Below, in pieces: positions 9,398 to 16,318 of a stretch of DNA of 21,043 nucleotides (the first letter of the stretch is position 1; each line of letters starts with the position of its first letter). Under the pieces are notes generated by a model. It was not told the DNA's origin and ran no database searches. It worked only from the letters and a program-made list of their open reading frames with translations. The position numbers and the translations under genes are program-made. The DNA comes from Methanomicrobiales archaeon (GTDB taxonomy: Archaea; Halobacteriota; Methanomicrobia; Methanomicrobiales; Methanospirillaceae): NCBI GenBank assembly GCA_037137755.1, contig JBAXJR010000040.1, positions 1 to 21,043 on the forward strand, written 5' to 3'.

Positions 9398-10368
9398 GGC
9401 TTGAGACCTGCCTCTTCAACCATGAATGGTGCTTCACCCTCGGGCAGGTTCGGGCTGTCCACGAGGCGGGCTATTCTTTTACCCCCCTTGCTCTTCCGGA
9501 GATATAACCTGAACGTGGCGGTATGGCCAACGATGTTGCCACCGATCGGCTTTGTCGGGTCGCCGAAGAATACGGCCGGGTTCGACATCACCTGGTTTGT
9601 CACAAGCGCCACGGCATTGTTCTCGTCCACGAGCTTGAACAGTTCATGCATGTGCCGGTTCAGTTTCTGCTGTCGTGTTGCGAGTGTCCCCCTGCCTGCG
9701 TATTCTGCACGGAAATGGGCGGTCAGGGAATCGATGATAAACAACCTGACCGGCATATCTGACTCCTTCATCTCGGCAGCACGTTCGCGTGCTGTATCAA
9801 TGAGAAGCATCTGGTGATCTGAGGTGTGGGCACGCGCGACATGGATATTTTTTAAGAACTCCTGCGGATCGGCACCATCAATTTCGAGACCGTTCACCAT
9901 CTGCTCGATACGTTCAGGCCTGAACGTGTTTTCGGTATCGATATAGATCGCGCTTCCGTTCAGCCCTCCTTCCGACTCGGGGAGCTGGACATTGACCGCG
10001 AGCTGGTGGACTATCTGGCTTTTACCTGACCCGAATTCACCATACAGTTCGGTGATCGCCTGTGTTTCGAGGCCCCCGCCGAGGAGGGTGTCGAAATCGG
10101 GGACGCGGGTCTGCAGTTTCCGAATCTCCTTCCTCTGTTCGAAAACATCTTTTCCTGTCTTGAAACCGCCAATATTGACCAGTTCGCGGGCGGCCTTGAT
10201 CATCTTCTTGGCAACAGCCTCTCCGATCTCAGCGGTCTCCGCGAGATCGAGCGGGGATGCTGTTGCAATGCTTTCAACGGTGACAAATCCGGCTTCCCGG
10301 AGTTTTTCGGCGGTGGTTGGACCAACGCCGGGTAAGTCATCAAGTTCCAGTGGACCTGTGGTGGTCAT
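9391..10368 (-). CDS. radA: DNA repair and recombination protein RadA
   Basis: N-terminal Hh[13 protein letters not shown], Walker [22 protein letters not shown], Walker [28 protein letters not shown]; 325 aa, no intein. Confidence 0.98.
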   Translation of the reverse strand: MTTTGPLELDDLPGVGPTTAEKLREAGFVTVESIATASPLDLAETAEIGEAVAKKMIKAARELVNIGGFKTGKDVFEQRKEIRKLQTRVPDFDTLLGGGLETQAITELYGEFGSGKSQIVHQLAVNVQLPESEGGLNGSAIYIDTENTFRPERIEQMVNGLEIDGADPQEFLKNIHVARAHTSDHQMLLIDTARERAAEMKESDMPVRLFIIDSLTAHFRAEYAGRGTLATRQQKLNRHMHELFKLVDENNAVALVTNQVMSNPAVFFGDPTKPIGGNIVGHTATFRLYLRKSKGGKRIARLVDSPNLPEGEAPFMVEEAGLKPC

Positions 10369-10517
10369 TTCTTATCTACCTCTTACTAAAATAACATCAT
10401 ATACTCTCGCATATATGCATCCGGCATGTGCGCAGGGTGAAAGTGAAAAAAAACGGCTTCATGGAAAACCGGTCCCTGCCGGAGACGGTATCCCGGTGGG
10501 ATGTTGTGGCCCTCCTG

Positions 10518-11849
10518 TCAGTGGGCGTTGCCGTGCTGCCCTTTCATTTCAGGCAGTCCCGTGCCAATCTGTTCTTTCAGGCGCCGGCACCGCACGAGTA
10601 CCTTTTCCGGGGATAGTTCAACCGCTTCAATGGTTTCCGGTGTAATCGTATGACCTGTAAGCGTACCCGTTACTCGGATTTCACGCCCGTGGGGGTGCTC
10701 TCCCTCAATGAGGTACGAGGCAGTCCCGTTTTCGATCATTGTACCTCTCCTGCCAGCCAGGATCGTTCCCTGGAACTCTATTGGCTGCTGAAATACCTGG
10801 GTTTCAACCAAGATGGAACTACCCCTGCCGACACTTAATTCGAGCTCACCGGTCCTTCCGGCCCGTGCCGTGGCATTGTAAATCGTGATAGCGTCCCCCT
10901 GGAAATAATGCTGCACTGCTGTATCCCCCCAGAACACTACCCTGATCTCACCAGTACCATCCCTGACTATGATATTCCTGACATGGGACCGGGAACCATC
11001 CCTCGCGATGAAAGACCTTGCAGGCAGGACCCGGGAAATCGTGCCCCTGACAGAATATACGCCCCCGTCTCCCACTTCCCCTATGGGGTTCATCAATACC
11101 TCAATTTCCAGTTCTATGGGCTCTATCGTGCTTTTTTCATCCACGCTGTACTCCCTTGCAGGAGGGCGTGAGCGATTTACAGCGCCGGTAATACGCAATG
11201 TTGTTCCCGGTACCAGTTCATCGAGGATTTCCGGCATCCAGCAGATGAGCCGCGCGGTCCCGCTCCCGTCTCCAATGACCGCTCCCCGCATCTCACCCCC
11301 TGTGCCGTCACGGCGGGTGAAAAGCCTGGGTTCCTCCAGTGAAAGCAACCGGGCCTCAAAAGTTACGCGTTCCGCCGGGGCCGTGTTGAGCGGTGATATG
11401 TTATTCCGGCATTCGATCTCGCAGGAGGCCTTCCTGATGGCGAGTGCCATGATGTCACCCGGTCGCTTTCCCGGTTTTCCGATGACCTCAAGCACGTCGC
11501 CTTTCTCGATCTCCTGTGCCGCCATGGCTTTCTCGTCCCAGAGGACCAGCCGGGTCTCGCCGGTCTCGTCCCCGACAAGGATCGAGGCAACGAGGCCTTT
11601 CTCCCCGTCGGTGCGGTCGAACTCCTTCGGTTCGCTCTTCTCGATTACTTTTGCGAAAAATGAAAAAAGACTTGATTTAGCCACCAGGCCATGTATCTTC
11701 ACGTGCTGCCGGCCAAGATCGGCAACGACAAGCATTGCACCGGTCAGCTCATCGACAAGGTCTCCGCAGTCCCGGATCTTCTCCTCTACCCGTCGCTCGA
11801 ACTCCTCCCTGCTGAGCAGGTCATCAACAAGCGCGTAGTGGAACTGCAC
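10518..11849 (-). CDS. rpa: Replication protein A / multi-OB-fold ssDNA-binding protein
   Basis: Three OB-fold repeats (F.R.DG..G.V....GDETG..RLVLWD; GDGSGTARLICW; RDGTGEIRVVFWGD); directly upstream of radA. Confidence 0.85.
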   Translation of the reverse strand: MQFHYALVDDLLSREEFERRVEEKIRDCGDLVDELTGAMLVVADLGRQHVKIHGLVAKSSLFSFFAKVIEKSEPKEFDRTDGEKGLVASILVGDETGETRLVLWDEKAMAAQEIEKGDVLEVIGKPGKRPGDIMALAIRKASCEIECRNNISPLNTAPAERVTFEARLLSLEEPRLFTRRDGTGGEMRGAVIGDGSGTARLICWMPEILDELVPGTTLRITGAVNRSRPPAREYSVDEKSTIEPIELEIEVLMNPIGEVGDGGVYSVRGTISRVLPARSFIARDGSRSHVRNIIVRDGTGEIRVVFWGDTAVQHYFQGDAITIYNATARAGRTGELELSVGRGSSILVETQVFQQPIEFQGTILAGRRGTMIENGTASYLIEGEHPHGREIRVTGTLTGHTITPETIEAVELSPEKVLVRCRRLKEQIGTGLPEMKGQHGNAH

Positions 11850-11865
11850 CGGGGTGATCCCTCAC

Positions 11866-13158
11866 TTATTGCTGCCACGGCGGTGTGACCATCGTTGAGG
11901 TGACGTCCTCCGTGGTCTCCCTGTTTCGCATGAGCGCCTTTCTCTCTCCTTTTACGAGGACTTCGGCACATCTCGGCCTGCAGTTGTACTGGGATGCCAT
12001 TGCAAACCCGTAGGCCCCTGCATCAAGGACCGCGATGATGTCTCCCGCCTCTACGGTCGGGAGTAACCGGTCGGCAGCTAAAATATCCCCGGTCTCACAG
12101 ATCGGACCCGCTATCGAATAGGTCTCTTTTTCGGGTGCAGTCGCCTTGTTGGCGACGATGACCTCGTGGTAGGAGTTATACATGGTCGGCCTGATCAGGA
12201 GGTTGAACCCTGCGTCCACGTTAACAAAATTTTTATGGGCAAATTTGACTGAATTTACGCGGGTAAGAAGTACCGAAGAATCGGCAACGAGATATCTCCC
12301 GGGCTCCACCCAGAGTGCAGGGCTGATACCCGCAGCGTTAATCCCCTCGACAAAAACCGGCACAACTGCCCGGGCGTACTCCTCGGGGGTTGGTGCGGGA
12401 TCGGTATCGTGGTGGTAGGGAATACCGAGGCCACCGCCAAGGTCAATAAATTCAAGTGCGACCCCTATCGCGGTCAGGTCTTTTGCGACCTTTACCATCA
12501 CTTCGGTAGCTTTCACAAAAGGTTCGATTTCGAGGATCTGGGAACCTATGTGGCAGTGGACCCCGACCGGGACCACATTGCTGCACGTGAGTGCCTCCCT
12601 GTACGCGGACAGGATCTTGTCATGGGCAATACCGAACTTGCTTGATGCAACCCCGGTCGCGATTTTAGGGTGGGTTGGAATGCGGAGTGCAGGGTTGACA
12701 CGGAACGAGATCCGTGCTTTCTTCCCGCCTGCTTTGGCAGCAGCATCGAGCTGGTGAAGTTCGTCAAGCGAGTCGACAGAGACCGTGATACCATGAGCGA
12801 CCGCGAGGGCGAGGTCGCCAGGGCTTTTTGAACTCCCGTTAAAGAGGAGGTCTGCCGGTTTCATCCCTGCAGACAGCGCGAGCTCGAGTTCACCGGGTGA
12901 GAAGACATCAGCACCGGCACCGAGTCTCCCCAGTGCACGGAGAAGCGAGACGTTCCCGTTGGCCTTTGCGGCGTAGAGCACTTTAGAATTCGGGTACAGG
13001 GACGCCAGGGCTTTTTGGTACCGTGTATAATTGTCGCAGATCCGCTGTTCATCCGTGACATAAAGCGGGGTCCCGTGCTCCTGCGCAAGGGCCACCAGGT
13101 CATGCCGGCCGATAAACAGGTGCCCGCCCTGAACTGAGATGTGTGGGGGCAGTTTCAC
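11866..13158 (-). CDS. lysA: Diaminopimelate decarboxylase
   Basis: YAAKAN (PLP lysine), SKFG, HCHIGSQ, DLGGG, EPGR, GPICETGD, GAYG; GTG start overlaps the dapL stop by 4 nt. Confidence 0.96.
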   Translation of the reverse strand: MKLPPHISVQGGHLFIGRHDLVALAQEHGTPLYVTDEQRICDNYTRYQKALASLYPNSKVLYAAKANGNVSLLRALGRLGAGADVFSPGELELALSAGMKPADLLFNGSSKSPGDLALAVAHGITVSVDSLDELHQLDAAAKAGGKKARISFRVNPALRIPTHPKIATGVASSKFGIAHDKILSAYREALTCSNVVPVGVHCHIGSQILEIEPFVKATEVMVKVAKDLTAIGVALEFIDLGGGLGIPYHHDTDPAPTPEEYARAVVPVFVEGINAAGISPALWVEPGRYLVADSSVLLTRVNSVKFAHKNFVNVDAGFNLLIRPTMYNSYHEVIVANKATAPEKETYSIAGPICETGDILAADRLLPTVEAGDIIAVLDAGAYGFAMASQYNCRPRCAEVLVKGERKALMRNRETTEDVTSTMVTPPWQQ

Positions 13159-14303
13159 GCCGATAGCCCCCTCATCCTTCCCAGTGCTTCGATGATGCGT
13201 TCTTTTGGCCGGGTGAGTGCAAACCTTACATACCCCTCACCCCAGCGTCCGAAGCCGAGACCGGGTGTGACGACAATACCTGCCTTATCCAGCATCATCG
13301 CGGAGAATTTCATGCAGTCTTCGACCTGCATCCATACGTAGAAGGTCGCTTTTGGGGCGGGGACGTTGTAGCCCAGTTCGTTAAGTCCTTTTACAAGGAT
13401 GTCACGCCGCTCCTGGTAGATCGCACAGGCCTCCCTGACACAGTCCTGCGGGCCGGAAAGGGCCGTGATTGCAGCATGCTGTACGGCGTTGAACACACCG
13501 GAATCCACGTTGGTCTTGACACGGCCAAGGCCTGACAGGATATCAGGGTTGCCTACGGCCATCCCGATCCGCCAGCCGGTCATATTGTAGGTCTTCGAGA
13601 GGGAGTGCATCTCGACACCGACCTCCATCGCTCCCTTCACTTCGAGGAAGGATGGTGCACGGTACCCGTCGTAGGCGATTTCCGAATAGGGGTTATCAGA
13701 AACAACAATGATATTGTTCTCGCTGGCAAAATCCACCACTTCGCGATAGAAGTCCGTTGAAGCTACCGCCGCGGTCGGGTTGTTCGGGTAGTTGATGAAC
13801 ATGAGTTTTGCCGCTTTGATGACATCCTTTGGAATGTCTGAAAGGACGGGAATGAATTTATTCTCCCTTTTAAGCGGCATTTCATGGACCCTACCCTCTG
13901 AGAACAGCGTTCCCGTGTAGTATCCAGGGTAACCGGGACTCGGGGCGAGCACGTAATCGCCGGGATCAACAAAGGCCTCTCCGATATGCGTGATTCCGTC
14001 TTTCGATCCCATCAGGGCAAGGACTTCTTTGCCCGGGTCAAGGGATACCCCGAACCGTGTTTTATACCAGTCTGCAACGGCACTCCGGTATTGCGGCATT
14101 CCCGCGTAACTCGGGTAATGGTGGTTTTCTACATGGTGTGCCGCCTCGCAGAGCGATTCCACGATATGGCGGGGTGTTGGAAGATCAGGGTCACCTACCC
14201 CGAGGTCGATGACATCAACGCCGCTCCTTATTTTCTCGGCCTTCATCTCATCGATCCGGGCAAAAAGGTAAGGGGGAAGCTGGCCCATACGTTTTGCGTA
14301 CAT
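13155..14303 (-). CDS. dapL: LL-diaminopimelate aminotransferase (class I/II PLP aminotransferase)
   Basis: LPPYLFA, DLGVGDPDLPTP, GSKDG, NYPNNPT, SLSKTYNMTGWRIG; coupled to lysA. Start set at ATG 14303 (MYAKRMGQLPPYLF); the extra 14 codons in the ORF track come from the repeat. Confidence 0.9.
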   Translation of the reverse strand: MYAKRMGQLPPYLFARIDEMKAEKIRSGVDVIDLGVGDPDLPTPRHIVESLCEAAHHVENHHYPSYAGMPQYRSAVADWYKTRFGVSLDPGKEVLALMGSKDGITHIGEAFVDPGDYVLAPSPGYPGYYTGTLFSEGRVHEMPLKRENKFIPVLSDIPKDVIKAAKLMFINYPNNPTAAVASTDFYREVVDFASENNIIVVSDNPYSEIAYDGYRAPSFLEVKGAMEVGVEMHSLSKTYNMTGWRIGMAVGNPDILSGLGRVKTNVDSGVFNAVQHAAITALSGPQDCVREACAIYQERRDILVKGLNELGYNVPAPKATFYVWMQVEDCMKFSAMMLDKAGIVVTPGLGFGRWGEGYVRFALTRPKERIIEALGRMRGLSA

Positions 14304-14370
14304 TTGCACATATTTTGATTTAATGCGATACATCCCTTTCGGCACGGTGATCTCGGAACGGGTAACTTTG
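14290..14370 (-). repeat. Direct repeat copy 1 (overlaps first 14 nt of dapL; lacks the inverted-repeat arm)
   Basis: Ungapped hand alignment to 16238-16318 gives 69/81 identities; 37 nt (14308-14344) are identical to 20447-20483. Confidence 0.95.
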
Positions 14371-14527
14371 CGGTGTATGAAGTGCCCGTCTTTTGGTAGA
14401 CCTCTTATCTGAACCTCGCTAGTCGACCTTTCGCTTCCCTATTCCCTTAAAGAGAGTTACCATCCTTAACGATCCATCAATTCCGCAAATAAATGAGATT
14501 AAACGATGTAAAAACAGTTTCATGAAC

Positions 14528-15361
14528 TTATTCATTCCCGATCGGAATGGCATTTTCCCATAATTTTTGAAAAACACCTCTTAGCTGGGAATTCAGAACC
14601 GCATCACGAATCCTGATCATTGCATAAGGCCGGGCGAGATCTCTTTGATCCTCAGGTTCAAATATGCATGTTGTTTTGTCCACGAGGATGAAGTTATGTT
14701 CCGTGTTGCAAACCCGGATTTCAACCAGATCATGATAGAGTTGCCGGGTATCATCATCCTGGATGCAGGAGGCGATTTTGGAAAAGAAATTTAAATAAGG
14801 GGAATCCGGGTAAATTATTTTTACAGAAATTCCCCTTTTCAACAGACTGACCAGGTTATTCATTAATGAATATAATGTTCTTTCATCAGGTTCTGAATTA
14901 AAAGAACCATAGCGAATCTGAGTAACATATATCACTTCTTTTTTCGCTTCATTGTGTATCCGTATGAAATAATTCAGGATATCTTCATTGCTGTACATAA
15001 TTTGTAAATCCTGAAGATTGGGTGATGATTGATTTTTTCTCTCTAAACCCTGTTCGAGTTGAGTTATGGTATTTTTTAAATCCTCCCGCTTTTTTTCATG
15101 TTCGATAAAATATTTCATATAGGTTCGTTGAAGTGCAATTTCCGGAATGATGGCTTCGTATTTTTTTGGCCTTCCGGAATGCTCGATAATTATTTCATTT
15201 ATGAGAAGCTGGGAGAGCGTTTCATAGATTTTTCCCATAGGAACATGAGATTCTCCTGACAGAATTCTCGCGTCAAGTGGGCCTTTTCGAAGCAGGCAGG
15301 CGTAAATTAATGCCTGGTATTTAGAAAGACCAATCTTCTGGAGCAAATCGATGTCAGACAT
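14528..15361 (-). CDS. TrmB-family transcriptional regulator
   Basis: LQKIGLSKYQALIYACLL...SHVPMGKIYETLSQL...GRPKKYEAI wHTH, coiled coil, C-terminal PLD-like effector domain (RGISVKII, HNFILVD, FQKLWENA). Confidence 0.9.
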   Translation of the reverse strand: MSDIDLLQKIGLSKYQALIYACLLRKGPLDARILSGESHVPMGKIYETLSQLLINEIIIEHSGRPKKYEAIIPEIALQRTYMKYFIEHEKKREDLKNTITQLEQGLERKNQSSPNLQDLQIMYSNEDILNYFIRIHNEAKKEVIYVTQIRYGSFNSEPDERTLYSLMNNLVSLLKRGISVKIIYPDSPYLNFFSKIASCIQDDDTRQLYHDLVEIRVCNTEHNFILVDKTTCIFEPEDQRDLARPYAMIRIRDAVLNSQLRGVFQKLWENAIPIGNE

Positions 15362-15424
15362 TAAACTTCACTGAGTTTATTTGGTGTGAATTGTTTAAAT
15401 CACTATACCAGGAGAATACTGATT
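15362..15424. promoter_or_regulatory. Divergent promoter region with candidate operator, TATA-like box and SD
   Basis: TTCAC(15367-15371)-N14-GTGAA(15386-15390) inverted repeat; TTTAAA at 15394-15399; AGGAG at 15410-15414. Confidence 0.45.
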
Positions 15425-15829
15425 ATGACAACCATGACTAAGGAACCCCAGTCTCCCCTTGAAGTCGTCAAGGCATTCTTTGCTGCAATGGCAAAGCTCG
15501 ACTACGACACGGCACTTTCGTATGTTTCCGATAATTGTGAGTACGATAACCTGCCCATGCCTGATGCCAAGGTATATGGGCCGGCAGGTATTCGTGCCGT
15601 GCTGGAACCATTCTTCGCGCCAACCATCAAAAACGAGTTTGTCGTGCTGCGCGAAGCGGCACAAGGCCCTGTTGTATTTATGGAGCGACTCGATCGGCAC
15701 CGCCTGCCAAATGGCTGGTTTGAGTTGCCCGTCATGGGTGTGATGGAGGTGCACAATGGTCGCATCACGCTCTGGCATGAGTACTTCAACCTGCCCACGA
15801 TCGCACCCATGTTTACTCCGCAATCCTGA
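15425..15829 (+). CDS. Limonene-1,2-epoxide hydrolase-like protein (NTF2/SnoaL fold)
   Basis: YDNLP (Tyr/Asn water-binding pair), MERLD (Arg/Asp), LPVMGVMEVHNGRITLWHEYF; start ATG 15425 (or 15434) after AGGAG. Confidence 0.85.
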   Translation: MTTMTKEPQSPLEVVKAFFAAMAKLDYDTALSYVSDNCEYDNLPMPDAKVYGPAGIRAVLEPFFAPTIKNEFVVLREAAQGPVVFMERLDRHRLPNGWFELPVMGVMEVHNGRITLWHEYFNLPTIAPMFTPQS

Positions 15830-16217
15830 CAAAATCAGCGTTTAACGGCCTGTAAGGGCGTCGTTGTAGCGGTGGGATCAGAGCTAAAGGAATCGAGCAC
15901 CGCAGTAACAGAAAGCGGTTACACACGATATGTACATGTCCGCAATCTAGTGCTGGCTAATGGAAATATACCCAAAATCATATCCCTTTCATCGACATCG
16001 GGCAGCAGAATTTTCTTTGTGATGTTTGAAATTTGCAGAGCCGGGGAATTTCTGTAAGGCTTTCCCGGTGTTGCCCAACTGACTTACCGGGAATTATCCA
16101 GAGCTTATAAAGCCACAGATTTGAATTATAACCCATTTTATCGCAGTCAACTGAATAATATTTAAAATTTTAAAAGCTCGAAGAAGATATCAGGAAACCT
16201 GGATGGGAAAATCCTAT

Positions 16218-16318
16218 AAAAAGCGAACACCTACGTTCGTTTTTCGTACATTTGGACATATTATTATTTGATGCGATACATCCCTTTCGGCACCGTGATC
16301 TCAAACCGGACACCTTTG
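16218..16318 (-). repeat. Direct repeat copy 2 (contains last 17 codons and stop of the histidine kinase, plus 11-6-11 inverted repeat)
   Basis: Shares atgcgatacatccctttcggca (16271-16292) with copies 1 and 3; aaaaagcgaac-acctac-gttcgtttttc at 16218-16245. Confidence 0.95.

Noticed and set aside
9391-10368. Intein in RadA
   Set aside because: Length is 325 aa and the Walker A region is uninterrupted.
10969-11838. 289 aa + strand ORF, and 9992-10645
   Set aside because: Antisense shadows of rpa and radA; Ser/Pro-rich with no motifs.
14304-14345. 14 aa N-terminal extension of DapL (MPKGMYRIKSKYVQ) in the ORF track
   Set aside because: It is the kinase-tail repeat read in frame; the family-like N-terminus begins at MYAKRMGQLPPYLF (14303).
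15980-15990. Possible fourth repeat copy (atccctttc)
   Set aside because: Only ~9 nt match and flanks do not align; expected by chance.
15872-16057. 61 aa ORF downstream of the epoxide hydrolase
   Set aside because: No RBS, no motif, low coding plausibility; may be intergenic or decayed sequence.
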